Shown piece after piece: positions 9,806-20,531 of a stretch of DNA of 32,000 bases. This DNA comes from Longivirga aurantiaca (GTDB taxonomy: Bacteria; Actinomycetota; Actinomycetes; S36-B12; CAIYMF01), in assembly GCF_042660085.1 (NCBI RefSeq), contig NZ_JBHSTI010000008.1, positions 2,332,543-2,364,542 of the forward strand, read 5' to 3'. The translations under genes were made by a program, and so were the position numbers. Each line of letters starts with the position of its first letter. Within the stretch, counting starts at the first letter, position 1. The notes under the pieces were generated by a model. That model was given only the letters and a program-made list of their open reading frames with translations. It had not been told where the DNA came from and ran no database searches.

Positions 9806-10393
9806 ATGACCGAGCCCGATCTCACCGACGCCGTCGCGCCGGTCCCCCTCCAGGTGGGGCCGTACCGCCTCGACGTGCCGGCGGCGTCCGACACCGCGGA
9901 CGTGGTCGCGGCGTTCCACGACCCCGACGTCGCCACCTGGAACCCGGCCGGCGGCGGCGAGATCACGGCCGAGGAGCGCGCGCCGCTGTGGATCGCGGAC
10001 CGCGCCACCTGGACGTCGCAGCACGCGTCCTGGGTCGTGCGCGACCACGACGGCACGGTGATCGGCCAGGTCTCGCTGCACCACCTCGACCACGAAAGCG
10101 GCACGGGCGAGGTCGGCTACTGGCTGACGCCGCGCGGACGCGGGCGCGGGATCGGCACGGCCGTCCTCGACGCGGCGACGACGTACGCCCTGGACACGCT
10201 CGGTCTCTTCCGCATCGAGCTCTTCCATGCTGTCGAGAACGAGGCGTCGTGCCGGATGGCGCTGCGCTGCGGCTACGCGCTCGAGGGCACGACGAGGCAG
10301 AGCTACCGGTACGGCGACGGCCTGCGGCACGACGAGCACCTGCACGCGATCCTCGCCACCGACCCGCGCCCCGAGGTGCGGCCGCCGGCCTGA
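9806..10393 (+). CDS. GNAT family N-acetyltransferase (RimJ/RimL-like)
   Basis: GEVGYWLTPRGRGRGIGTAVLDAATTYALDTLGLFRIELFHAVENEASCRMALRCGYALEGTTRQSYRY. Confidence 0.92.
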   Translation: MTEPDLTDAVAPVPLQVGPYRLDVPAASDTADVVAAFHDPDVATWNPAGGGEITAEERAPLWIADRATWTSQHASWVVRDHDGTVIGQVSLHHLDHESGTGEVGYWLTPRGRGRGIGTAVLDAATTYALDTLGLFRIELFHAVENEASCRMALRCGYALEGTTRQSYRYGDGLRHDEHLHAILATDPRPEVRPPA

Positions 10394-10396
10394 CGC

Positions 10397-11650
10397 CTAC
10401 GGCACCGACTTGATGCGGGTGACGAGCACGGCCGAGAGCAGCGTGACGACGGCGGTGAGCACGTAGAGGCCGGTGTAGCCGAGCCCGCTCGTCACGATCG
10501 GCGCCGCGATCACGGGGGCCACGACCTGCGGTGCTGCGTTGGCGATGTTGATGACGCCGAGGTCGCGGCCGCGGTCGACGGCGGCCGGCAGCACCTGCGT
10601 GACGAGCGCCTGGTCGACCGCGAGGTACATGCCGTAGCCGAGGCCCAGGATCAGCGCCGCGACCATCGCGACGTTGAACACCGGGAAGAACGCGAGCAGC
10701 ACGGCGGAGACGGCCATCACCATCGTGGCGAGGATGACGTAGATCTTGCGCCTGCCGTCGCGGTCGCTGATCCGGCCGGCGATCACGGCGGTGACGATCG
10801 TCCCGAGCGCGTACAGCCCGATGAGGATGGTCTGGCTCGCGGCGGCGTCGTCGACCTTCACCTCGTCCTGCAGCCAGAACAGCAGGTAGAGCGTGGCCAT
10901 GGCGTTGCCGAGCATCATGAGGAAGCGGGTGATCCACGCCCAGGCGAAGTCGGGGTACTCGCGGGGGCTCACCCAGAAGCCGCGCAGGAACGGGCCGAGC
11001 TCGAACGGCGGACGCTCGTGCGGCTGCAGCGGGGTGTCCTTGATGCGCAGCACGAACGGCAGCACGAGGATCACGAGGAGACCGGCCGTCAGGAAGATCC
11101 CGGCGTCCAGTCCCGTCACGATGAACGACACGAGCGCGACGCCGAGGACGATGCCCACGGTCTGCGCCAGACCGACCCAGCCCGACACGAGCCCGCGCTG
11201 CCGCACCGGCACCTGGTCGGGGATCGTCGCGGTGAGCCCGGCGTAGGCCGAGTTGATCGTCGCCTGGCACACGCCCCACACGACGGCCAGCCCGATCACG
11301 GTCGACTGGAAGGCGAGCGCACAGATGGCGAGCGCGCCCAGCACCGAGCCCCAGAGCACCCAGGTCCTGCGCCGCCCGAAGCGCGACAGCGTGCGGTCCG
11401 AGAGCGCGCCCGCCGCCGGGTTGGCGACGATCGACATGAACGCGCCGACGCCGGCGATCCAGGCGAACGCGTTCTCCTTGCCACCCGATCCCGCCACCTC
11501 CTCCGCGAGACGGGGCAGCAGGTTCTGGATCGGCGTGTAGAACGCCAGCATGATGCCGAGGTTCGCGAGCACGACGGGCAGCACGTAGCGCGTGCCGATC
11601 TGCCGCGTCGGCTCCGCGAGCGCCGACGGCGCCTTGTCCTCCACGCTCAC
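10397..11650 (-). CDS. MFS transporter, probably sugar/glycoside associated
   Basis: 12-TM pattern, LSRFGRRRTWVLWGSVLG, DRDGRRKIYVILA; GTG start 11650 with GGGAGG SD; start overlaps the stop of the GH1 gene (GTGA). The ORF-track extension to 12178 is spurious. Confidence 0.88.
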   Translation of the reverse strand: MSVEDKAPSALAEPTRQIGTRYVLPVVLANLGIMLAFYTPIQNLLPRLAEEVAGSGGKENAFAWIAGVGAFMSIVANPAAGALSDRTLSRFGRRRTWVLWGSVLGALAICALAFQSTVIGLAVVWGVCQATINSAYAGLTATIPDQVPVRQRGLVSGWVGLAQTVGIVLGVALVSFIVTGLDAGIFLTAGLLVILVLPFVLRIKDTPLQPHERPPFELGPFLRGFWVSPREYPDFAWAWITRFLMMLGNAMATLYLLFWLQDEVKVDDAAASQTILIGLYALGTIVTAVIAGRISDRDGRRKIYVILATMVMAVSAVLLAFFPVFNVAMVAALILGLGYGMYLAVDQALVTQVLPAAVDRGRDLGVINIANAAPQVVAPVIAAPIVTSGLGYTGLYVLTAVVTLLSAVLVTRIKSVP

Positions 11651-13041
11651 GAACGACCTCCCAGGAACGACTGGAACCAGGTGTACGACGTCTTCGGCAC
11701 CCGCCGCTGCGTCGCGTAGTCGGTGTACACGAGACCGAACCTCGGGCGATAGCCCTCGGCCCACTCGAAGTTGTCGAGGAAGGACCACACGAAGTAGCCC
11801 TGCACGTCCACGCCCTCGTCGGCCGCCCGCCCGACCGCGGCGATGTGCTCGCGGAGGTACTGCACCCGGCGCGGGTCGTCCACCCGCGGGACGTCGCCGT
11901 CCTCGAGCGTGTCGGGGTAGGCGACGCCGTTCTCGGTCACCATCACCGGCGGCAGCGCGTCGCCGTACCGCTCCTGCTGCTGCACGAGCACCTCGCGCAG
12001 GCCGTCGGGGACGACCGGCCAGCCCATGTCGGTGACGTCCTCGGACGGGAACTGCTTGAGCTCGAACGGCAGCGGGTTGCCCTCGGCGGGTGCCGAGACG
12101 AGCGTGGGGTTGTAGTAGTTGATGCCGAGGACGTCGATCGGCTCGGCGATGACCGCGAGATCGCCGTGCGAGACGCACGAGCGGTCGACCGGGATGCCGA
12201 CGACCTCCGGATCGGGGTACTCCCCCAGCAGCACGGAGTCCATGTAGATCCGGTTCTGGATCGCGTCGAGCGACGCCGCAGCGGCGCGGTCGGCGTCCGA
12301 GTCGGTCTCAGGGTGGACCGGCGACAGGTTGTGCGTGATGCCGATGCGGAGATCGCCGTCTGCGGCAGCCCGCATCGCCTGCACGGCGAGGCCGTGACCG
12401 AGCAGCAGGTGGTGCGTGGCCGTGAACGAGTCGAACATCAGCACCTTGCCGGGCGCGTGGGTGCCGAACCCGTAGCCGAAGGTCGAGGCCACCACGGGCT
12501 CGTTCAGCGTGATCCACGTGTGCACGCGATCGCCGAGGTTCTCCACCATCCACTCCGCGTGGTCGGCGAAGCGCTGAGCGGTGTCGCGCTCGAGCCAGCC
12601 GCCGAGGTCCTCGGCCCACTGCGGCAGGTCCCAGTGGTACAGCGTCACGACGGGCGCGATGCCGTGCGCCAGCAGCTCGTCGACGAGCCGGTCGTAGAAC
12701 GCGACGCCGCGCATCTCGACCGCACCGTCCTCGGGCTCGATGCGCGGCCAGGAGATCGAGAAGCGGTACGCGTTGACGCCGAGACCGGCCATGAGCGCGA
12801 CGTCGTCGGGCATGCGCCGGTAGTGGTCGCAGGCGACGTCGCCGGTGCTGCCGTCGAGGATCTTGCCCGGCGTGTGCGCGAACGTGTCCCAGATCGACGG
12901 GCCCTTGCCGTCCGCGTCCGGTGACCCCTCGATCTGGTACGACGCCGTCGCCGTCCCCCAGAGGAAGCCGGCTCCGAAACGGTCGCGGGTCCGGCCGTCC
13001 GACAGCGTGCCGGGCTCGCCCGGCGACCACAGCGTCGTCAT
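11647..13041 (-). CDS. Glycoside hydrolase family 1 beta-glucosidase
   Basis: FLWGTATASYQIEGS, ITLNEPVV (acid/base), PPVMVTENGVAYPD (nucleophile), SFLDNFEWAEGYRPRFGLVYTDY. Confidence 0.97.
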   Translation of the reverse strand: MTTLWSPGEPGTLSDGRTRDRFGAGFLWGTATASYQIEGSPDADGKGPSIWDTFAHTPGKILDGSTGDVACDHYRRMPDDVALMAGLGVNAYRFSISWPRIEPEDGAVEMRGVAFYDRLVDELLAHGIAPVVTLYHWDLPQWAEDLGGWLERDTAQRFADHAEWMVENLGDRVHTWITLNEPVVASTFGYGFGTHAPGKVLMFDSFTATHHLLLGHGLAVQAMRAAADGDLRIGITHNLSPVHPETDSDADRAAAASLDAIQNRIYMDSVLLGEYPDPEVVGIPVDRSCVSHGDLAVIAEPIDVLGINYYNPTLVSAPAEGNPLPFELKQFPSEDVTDMGWPVVPDGLREVLVQQQERYGDALPPVMVTENGVAYPDTLEDGDVPRVDDPRRVQYLREHIAAVGRAADEGVDVQGYFVWSFLDNFEWAEGYRPRFGLVYTDYATQRRVPKTSYTWFQSFLGGRS

Positions 13042-13106
13042 GGCGGCACCCTGCCACGCCGGCCGCGCGGATGCGGGCTCTACGGCGAGGTGTCAGCCGA
13101 TGCCGT

Positions 13107-13922
13107 TCACGGCTGCCGACGGTGCGGCACGACCGTGGTCCTGGCGGCCTTGTCGTGGATGGTCTGCCGCCACGGCTTGTCCCAGAGCGGCCACAGGTAG
13201 TCGATGATCGTGAAGAAGCCGCCGACGAGCGCCGCGCCGCCGCTCTCCACGGCCCAGCGGATGCTCGCCGTGCCCCAGGTGAGGCCGACGCTGTCGAGGT
13301 CGCGCGGGCGGACGCGGATGCCGAGCGCCCTCTTGCCGAGCGTCCGCCCCCAGCGCACGTTCTGCGGCACCTCGTAGACGAACGTCACGAGCAGGGTGAC
13401 CACGTTCAGGACCAGCGAGACCCCGGCGACGTCGGTGACCCACTGCTGCACGGCCTCGGCGGTGGGCATGCCGTCGGCGCCCACCGCATCGAGGTAGCGG
13501 GTGAGCGCCGGCCAGAGGAGCCAGAGCGCCACGGGCACGAGCACGATGCCCTCGATGAACGAGTCGATGATCTTCGCCATGACGCGCGAGCCGTACGACG
13601 CGATCTCGTACGGCGCCTCCGCGGGTGCGCCGTAGCGACCCGGTGCGGGAGCACCGTACGGCGGGGCGGGCGGAGGGGCCCAGCCCGCGGGCGGGGGCGG
13701 GTAGCCGCCCGGCGGCGGGACCGGTGCGGGGGGTGCCGCCTGCTGCCGCGGGGCGGCAGCCGGGGCCGAGCCCGGCGGCGGCAGCGCGACGGGCTGGCCC
13801 GGCACCGGCGGGGGCGTGCCCTCGGGCAGCAGCACCGAGGCGCCCCAGCGGGCGCCGTCCCACCAGCGCACGTAGCCGGCGCTCGAGAAGGGGTCGGGGT
13901 ACCAGCCCGGCGTCATCGCCAT
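13107..13922 (-). CDS. RDD family membrane protein with N-terminal DUF2510 (WYPDP) segment and Pro-rich linker
   Basis: MAMTPGWYPDPFSSAGYVRWWDGARWG...PPPP linker...YGSRVMAKIIDSFIEGIVL...GRTLGKRALGIRV; ATG 13922. Confidence 0.88.
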   Translation of the reverse strand: MAMTPGWYPDPFSSAGYVRWWDGARWGASVLLPEGTPPPVPGQPVALPPPGSAPAAAPRQQAAPPAPVPPPGGYPPPPAGWAPPPAPPYGAPAPGRYGAPAEAPYEIASYGSRVMAKIIDSFIEGIVLVPVALWLLWPALTRYLDAVGADGMPTAEAVQQWVTDVAGVSLVLNVVTLLVTFVYEVPQNVRWGRTLGKRALGIRVRPRDLDSVGLTWGTASIRWAVESGGAALVGGFFTIIDYLWPLWDKPWRQTIHDKAARTTVVPHRRQP

Positions 13923-14118
13923 GGCGTGAGCGTAGGCGCTGCCCGAGCACGGCCGGCGCACCGGACCGCCCGGCCGAGTTCGGTGAGCCTGGCCTTCCGT
14001 GACGGCGTTCACACCGGCAGCCTCGTCCAGCCGCGCGTCACAACCTGTTCTGCGCGGCTACCGTGAGCAGCGCTCCGGTGGTCAGATCGTCCAGCGCGCA
14101 CGGCAGGGGGTGGTCGCA

Positions 14119-14619
14119 ATGCCCGAGACCGCGGTCGACAGGATCGACGCCGCGATCCTCGCGCTCTTCGCCGCGGAGCCGCGGGTGGGGGTGCTCGAGG
14201 CCAGCAGGCGGCTGCGCATCGCCCGCGGCACGGTGCAGGCCCGGCTCGACAAGCTCGCCTCGCGGGGCGTCGTCACCGGCTGGGGGCCCGACCTCGACGC
14301 CGCCGCGCTCGGCTTCCCCGTCACCGCCTTCGTCACGCTCGAGATCGCCCAGACCGGCCACGACGAGATCGGCGCGCGTCTCGCCGCGATCCCCGAGGTG
14401 ATCGAGGTGCACACGATCACCGGCGGCGGCGACCTCCTCGCCCGGGTCGTCGCCCGGTCGAACGCCGACCTCCAGCGCGTGATCGACCAGGTCGTGGCCA
14501 CCGACGGGATCGGCCGCACGTCGACCGCCATCGCGCTCGCCACCCAGGTGCCGCACCGCGTCCTGCCCCTGCTGCTCGCAGCCGCGGGCGACGAGCACGC
14601 CGGAGCTGTCGACCGCTGA
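14119..14619 (+). CDS. Lrp/AsnC family transcriptional regulator
   Basis: MPETAVDRIDAAILALFAAEPRVGVLEASRRLRIARGTVQARLDKLASRGVVTGWGPDLDAAALG...; ATG 14119. Confidence 0.9.
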   Translation: MPETAVDRIDAAILALFAAEPRVGVLEASRRLRIARGTVQARLDKLASRGVVTGWGPDLDAAALGFPVTAFVTLEIAQTGHDEIGARLAAIPEVIEVHTITGGGDLLARVVARSNADLQRVIDQVVATDGIGRTSTAIALATQVPHRVLPLLLAAAGDEHAGAVDR

Positions 14620-14768
14620 CCGCGTCCGGAACGGGGGGCGACCGCACCCCGTCTCCCGGCTGAGCGGACGACGATGGGCCGGTCGGGCCTGTCGTGCGCC
14701 GTCGGCGTGCTGCACCCTCGTACGGTGGTCGCCGTACCGCCGCCGTCCCGCACCGAGGAGCCCCGCCC

Positions 14769-16133
14769 GTGACCCGTCGACTCGTCGCCCCGGTCGCGGT
14801 GAGCGCTGCGGCACTCGCGGCCCTCCTCCTCGGAGCGCTCCCCGCCAACGCCGAGGTGCCGCCGGACTCCGGCGCCACGACCCCCCCGACGTCGTCGGTG
14901 CCGCTCGACGGGTACGACGCCTACGTCGCGGCGCAGACCCGCATGGCCGCCCTGCTCCCGGCCAGGGTCGCGGCGGCGCGGGCGCTCGGGCCCGCTCCCG
15001 GCATCCTCGTGAGCGACGCCGGCACCGGAGAGGTCGCGTACGCCGCGCACTCCACCACCCCGATGCGCGGCGCCTCCACCACCAAGCTGCTGACCGCCGT
15101 CACCTCGCTCGCGACCCTCGGCACGACCACCCGCTTCCCCACGACCGTGCTCGACGGACGACGCGCCACCGAGGTCGTGCTGCAGGGCGGCGGCGACCCG
15201 ATGCTCACCAGCGCGCAGGTGTCCGCCCTCGCCCGCAGCACGGCGAGGGCACTGGTGCCGCGCGCGCCGGCGGCCGGCTCGGCGACGACGTTCCGGGTCA
15301 CGGTCAAGGTCGACGACACGCTCTACCCCGTGCCCACCCCCGCGGTCGGCTGGCCCTCGCACTACCTCCCGTACGTCGTCGCCCCGGTGCGGCCGCTGAT
15401 CCGCGACCTGCGCAACAGCTGGGACTCGGCCAAGGACGTCGGCACGTACTTCGCCGCGCGGCTCGCGGTGGAGCTGAAGGCCGCGCTGGCCGCGCGCCCC
15501 GATCTCGCCGTGTCGGCGGCGTACTCGGGGAAGATGGCGGCGGCCGACGGCGCGCCCGTGATCGCCCGGTTCGCCGGCAACACCAGCGCCTCCGCGCTGA
15601 GGCTCATGCTGCTCGTGTCCGACAACGACGTCGCCGAGATGATGCTGCGCAACAGCGCCGTGGCGGCGACCGGAGCCGGCTCGTGGACGGCGGCCCGCTC
15701 GACCGCGCGCTCGACGCTGAACGGTCTCGGGATCGACACCACCGGCTGGGTGTTCGACGACGGCAGCGGGGTCTCCCGCACCGACCGGCTCACCGCGCGC
15801 GGCCTCGTGCAGCTGCTGCGGGTGGCGCAGTCCCCCGTGCACCCCGAGCTCGCCCCGCTGCGGGGCTGGCTGCCCGTCGGCGGCGTCAGCGGCACGCTCA
15901 AGGCGGCGAACGGCCGCTTCACGACGTCGCCGACGAGCTGCGCGCGCGGCGACGTGTTCGCCAAGACGGGGACGCTGTTCGACACGATCGGCCTCGCCGG
16001 CTACGCGCGGGGCAGCGACGGCAGGTTGAAGACGTTCGCCGTGCTGGTGCACCGTTCCGGGGAGACGTATCCCAAGCTCACCGTGCGGCAGAGCGTCGAC
16101 CGCGTCGCGGCGACCGCGACCGGCTGCTACTGA
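14769..16133 (+). CDS. dacB: D-alanyl-D-alanine carboxypeptidase/endopeptidase, PBP4 (peptidase S13) family
   Basis: GTG 14769 with upstream GAGGAG; signal peptide; GASTTKLLTAV (SxxK), MLLVSDNDVAEMMLRN (SxN), VFAKTGTLFDTIGLAGY (KTG). Confidence 0.92.
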   Translation: MTRRLVAPVAVSAAALAALLLGALPANAEVPPDSGATTPPTSSVPLDGYDAYVAAQTRMAALLPARVAAARALGPAPGILVSDAGTGEVAYAAHSTTPMRGASTTKLLTAVTSLATLGTTTRFPTTVLDGRRATEVVLQGGGDPMLTSAQVSALARSTARALVPRAPAAGSATTFRVTVKVDDTLYPVPTPAVGWPSHYLPYVVAPVRPLIRDLRNSWDSAKDVGTYFAARLAVELKAALAARPDLAVSAAYSGKMAAADGAPVIARFAGNTSASALRLMLLVSDNDVAEMMLRNSAVAATGAGSWTAARSTARSTLNGLGIDTTGWVFDDGSGVSRTDRLTARGLVQLLRVAQSPVHPELAPLRGWLPVGGVSGTLKAANGRFTTSPTSCARGDVFAKTGTLFDTIGLAGYARGSDGRLKTFAVLVHRSGETYPKLTVRQSVDRVAATATGCY

Positions 16134-16142
16134 TCCCGGACT

Positions 16143-16182
16143 GGGTGCCGGAGAGGCACCTCGCGGTCCCTCTCCGGCACCC
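16143..16182. terminator. Intergenic hairpin between convergent genes (bidirectional terminator)
   Basis: Perfect 14-bp stem GGGTGCCGGAGAGG / CCTCTCCGGCACCC, 12-nt loop, between dacB stop (16133) and the iclR-like stop (16191). Confidence 0.8.
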
Positions 16183-16190
16183 CGAGCGGG

Positions 16191-16847
16191 TCAGCGCAGC
16201 GCGCGCGCGACCTCGCCGGCGGCGCGCAGCACCTTGGGGCCGACGTCGTCGAGCACGAGGTCTCCGAGCGCGAGCACGCCGACCGACGCCTCGATGCCGG
16301 CGACGCCGAGCAGCGGGGCCGCCACACCGACGGCGCCCGGCTGGAGCTCGCCGGTGGACACGACCCAGCCGGGCTCGAACGGGCGACCACCGGTCGCCCG
16401 TGCGGCGAGCACGGCCTTCCCGCCGGCACCGCGGTCGAGCGCATGGCGCGCACCGACGCGGTAGGCGACGTGGAAGTCCGAGCGGGTGGGCTCCACGACC
16501 GCCACGGCGAGCGCGTCGGACCCGTCGACCACCGTGAGGTGCGCGGTGGCACCCACGGAGTCCGACAGCCGGCGCAGCGCCGGGAGGGCGGCCTCCCGCA
16601 GGACGGGCTGCACCTGCCGCGCGAGCGCCAGCACGGCCATGCCGAGCCGGCAGCGGCCGTCGGTGCCGCGCCGCAGCAGCGCGTGCTGCTCGAGCGTGAC
16701 CACCAGGCGGTAGACGACGGTGCGCGAGACGCCGAGCCGTGCGGCGATCTCGGTGACGGTGAGGCCGTCCGACGCGTCGGACAGCAGTTCCAGGACTGAC
16801 AGCCCTCGATCGAGGGTCTGGCTGGTCTCTGCGACCACGCGATCCAC
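16191..16847 (-). CDS. IclR family transcriptional regulator
   Basis: SQTLDRGLSVLELLSDASDGLTVTEIAARLGVSRTVVYRLVVTLEQHALLRRGTDGRCRLG...AGGKAVLAA; start inferred (GTG 16847). Confidence 0.9.
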   Translation of the reverse strand: MDRVVAETSQTLDRGLSVLELLSDASDGLTVTEIAARLGVSRTVVYRLVVTLEQHALLRRGTDGRCRLGMAVLALARQVQPVLREAALPALRRLSDSVGATAHLTVVDGSDALAVAVVEPTRSDFHVAYRVGARHALDRGAGGKAVLAARATGGRPFEPGWVVSTGELQPGAVGVAAPLLGVAGIEASVGVLALGDLVLDDVGPKVLRAAGEVARALR

Positions 16848-17060
16848 CTCGGTCCCTCTGCTCGTGGTCCCTCGTGAGGACCCGTGTGCTCGGTGCCGGA
16901 AGGCGCGTGGCGCACCCTCCTCGGCAGTCCGGCCGGGCGACCGGTCTGTTGACCACTCTGCCCCAGGTCGGGCCGGTTCGGTCAATTCCCGGCGTCCGAT
17001 CTGCGACTCCTGCCACAACGAGGAGCGGTCGTGCGGGAGTTCCGCGGCGCACGTGGCGAA

Positions 17061-17095
17061 CCTCACGGACCCCGGCGTGGCGGGGGTCCGTGAGG
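17061..17095 (-). terminator. Terminator-like hairpin downstream of the DUF308 gene
   Basis: 13-bp perfect stem CCTCACGGACCCC / GGGGTCCGTGAGG, 9-nt loop, about 38 nt past the stop at 17133. Confidence 0.65.
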
Positions 17096-17132
17096 CCCGG
17101 TGGTCGTGCTGAGAGCTGTGCTGCGGTGCAGG

Positions 17133-17693
17133 TCAGACGCCTGCGGCCTTCTTCACCTGGAAGGCGCCGACGATCTCGCTGACGCCGAGGACGATCAGCA
17201 TGATTCCGGTGATCCACACGATCACGCCGATCGTGGCCGGCCACACGAAGATGACGATCGCGCCGAGGATCCCGAGGATGCCGCCGGTGATCATCCAGCC
17301 GCGCCCCTCCATGCCCTTGCTCTGCAGACCGACGATCAGCTCGGTGATGCCGCGGAAGAGCCAGGCGATACCGATGAAGATCGCGAGCAGCGTCACCGAG
17401 TTGAGGAAGCTCTTGAACGCGAAGATCGCGAGGACGATCGACAGGATGCCGGAGATCGCGAGCAGCGCCCGGTGGTCCTTCTGCGAGAACGACTGCACGA
17501 TCTGGAAGATGCCGCTGATCAGCAGGTAGACGCCGAACAGCACGGCGAGGACGACGAGGCTCTGCTTGGTGAAGATCACCATGCCGAGCCCGAGCAGCAG
17601 CGTGAGGACGCCGAGGAACAGCAGGAGCCCCCAGCTCCGGCCGAGCGCGGCGAGGATGTCCTTGTCGTCGTAGGTCTCGGTGGTCGCGGACAT
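17133..17693 (-). CDS. HdeD/DUF308 family membrane protein
   Basis: MSATTETYDDKDILAALGRSWGLLLFLGVLTLLLGLGMVI...LLISGIFQIVQSF...GITELIVGLQSKGMEGRGWMITGGILGILGAIVIFVWP; ATG 17693. Confidence 0.88.
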   Translation of the reverse strand: MSATTETYDDKDILAALGRSWGLLLFLGVLTLLLGLGMVIFTKQSLVVLAVLFGVYLLISGIFQIVQSFSQKDHRALLAISGILSIVLAIFAFKSFLNSVTLLAIFIGIAWLFRGITELIVGLQSKGMEGRGWMITGGILGILGAIVIFVWPATIGVIVWITGIMLIVLGVSEIVGAFQVKKAAGV

Positions 17694-17854
17694 GCCGCCT
17701 CCTTGTGGTGCCCGGTGCTGTGCACGGTGGGTGCGCACGACCGGCGGGCCGTACGTCGCGTCCACAGTACGGGCGCGCGCCGGCCCGATCACGCACCCAC
17801 GGAGGTCCGTGGCCCACCGTGTCGTGCCTCGCCTCGGGCTGCGAGCCCCTGCGG

Positions 17855-18612
<758 letters not shown>

Positions 18613-18616
<4 letters not shown>

Positions 18617-19503
18617 GCCGTGCCGCTCGCGTTCTGCCGGGCGATCGACTTCTCCAGCACGCGGTCGGTGAGACGGGTGAGCGGGATCGTCACGAGCAGG
18701 AACAGGATCGAGGCCACGATGTAGGGCGTGTAGTTGAAGGTCGTCGACGTCTCGATCTGCGCGTTGCGGATCGCGTCGCGCGCTCCGAGGATCGAGACGA
18801 GGCCGATGTCCTTGAGCAGCGCGACGAGGTCGTTGAGCAGCGGCGGCACGACCCGGCGGATCGCCTGCGGCAGCACGACGTGGCGCATGGTCTGCGCCTG
18901 CGAGAGGCCGAGGCTGCGGGCGGCGGCGCGCTGGCTGGGATGCACCGAGAGGATGCCGGACCGGATCACCTCGGCGACGTACGCGGAGTAGGTGAGCACC
19001 ACCGCCGCGGTGCCGAGCACGTTGACGCTGGGCGGGGTGTCGGTGAGCTGCAGGGCCGGGACGCCGAAGCCGATGAGCAGCAGCACCAGCAGGAGCGGGA
19101 TGCCGCGGAACAGGTCGACGTAGACCGTGGCGAGGATGCGCAGCGGCGCCAGGGCCGGCGCGGTCGAGGTGCGCACCAGCGCGATGACCATGGACAGCAC
19201 CGCGATGCACACCACGGCGATCGCGGCGAGCCTCAGGTTGAGCAGGAAGCCGTCCCAGATGTCCGGGAGCACCTCGAGGCCGTAGGAGAGGTCGAAGAAC
19301 GTCTCCTGGACGACCGGCCACCCCTTGGAGGTGCCCACGACGACCATGAGCCCGCCGATGACGACGACGGAGGACAGGACCGCGACGAGCGTGCGGCGGC
19401 GGTCCTGCGCCCGGCGGACGGCCCGGCGCGCGAGCTCGTGCTCGCTGGGCGCCCAGACGGGCCCGGCCGTGCCGGCCGGGCCCGTCTGCTGGTCGTGCGT
19501 CAC
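18613..19503 (-). CDS. Polar amino-acid ABC transporter permease
   Basis: FRGIPLLLVLLLIGFG, RAAARSLGLSQAQTMRHVVLPQAIRRVVPPLLNDLVALLKDIGLVS; GTG 19503; 4-nt overlaps with both neighbours. Confidence 0.93.
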
Positions 19504-20399
19504 GGAGCCAGGACAGGGGCGCCCTGGTCGGCGAGCCACTCCTTCTCGAGCGCTGCCAGGGTGCCGTCCTCGCGCAGGGCGTCGACGGCGCCCGACACGC
19601 ACTGCGTGATCGGGCTGTCCTTGGCGAGCAGGAGACCGAGCTGCTCGTTCGCAGCGGCGGAGTCGGGCAGCTGACCGACGATGACGCCCTTGTCGATCTC
19701 GACGAAGGCCAGGTAGAAGGCCGTCGGGAGGTCGACGACGATGCCATCGATCTGCTTGTTCTTCAGCGCCGTGACCGCAGCCGCGTTGTCGTTGAAGACC
19801 TGCGCCTTCTCGGTCGGCTGGATCTGCTCCTCGATCGCCTTGAGCGACGTGGTGCCGATCGCCGCGCCGAGGCGGGCACCCTTGAGCTCGGCCACGGTCG
19901 TGGCCTTGGCGATCGGGCTCGACTCGTTGGAGATGACGACCTGCGAGAGGGCGTAGTAGCCGGACGAGAAGTCGACGACCTTCTTGCGCTCGTCGGTGAT
20001 GGAGTACTGCTGGATGTTGAAGTCGAACGTCTTCGGGCCGGGGGCGATGGCCGAGTCGAACGTGGTGCGCACCCACGTGACGTCGGCGTTGTCGTAGCCG
20101 AGCTGCTTGGCGACGGCGTAGGCAACGGCGGACTCGAAGCCCTTGCCGCTGGTGGGGTCGTCGTCGAGCATCCACGGCGGGAACACGGGCTCGCCCGTGG
20201 CGATCGTGAGCTTGCCGGCGTTCAGGGTCTCGAGCGACTCCGGTGAGCAGGTCGCAGACGGCGAGGCGGACTCGGAGGCGGACTCCGAGGCCGTGGCCGC
20301 TGCGGACGAGCTCGTGGTGCCGCCCGAGGACGAGCTGCCGCAGGCCGAGAGCAGCAGGGCTGCAGCGACCGGGACGAGCACGAGACGGGTACGACGCAC
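19500..20399 (-). CDS. Amino-acid ABC transporter substrate-binding lipoprotein
   Basis: Signal peptide with lipobox ALLLSAC, low-complexity Ser/Ala/Glu linker, EPVFPPWMLDDDPTSGKGFESAVAYAVAKQLG, GTTSLKAIEE; GTG 20399. Confidence 0.93.
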   Translation of the reverse strand: MRRTRLVLVPVAAALLLSACGSSSSGGTTSSSAAATASESASESASPSATCSPESLETLNAGKLTIATGEPVFPPWMLDDDPTSGKGFESAVAYAVAKQLGYDNADVTWVRTTFDSAIAPGPKTFDFNIQQYSITDERKKVVDFSSGYYALSQVVISNESSPIAKATTVAELKGARLGAAIGTTSLKAIEEQIQPTEKAQVFNDNAAAVTALKNKQIDGIVVDLPTAFYLAFVEIDKGVIVGQLPDSAAANEQLGLLLAKDSPITQCVSGAVDALREDGTLAALEKEWLADQGAPVLAP

Positions 20400-20531
20400 G
20401 GTGAGACCTCCGCGGGGGTGCCGAAGGGCGGTCCCTCGGCCTGGCGGGCATTGTGCCAAACGGGGGAAGGGCTGCCGACCGCAGGACCTGCCTGGACGGC
20501 CCGCGACCGCAGACCGAGACAGAACCGATAC

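Noticed and set aside
17798-17815. CCCACGGAGGTCCGTGG small hairpin between glnQ-like and DUF308 genes
   Set aside because: Short stem (6-7 bp) with tiny loop; too weak to call a terminator.
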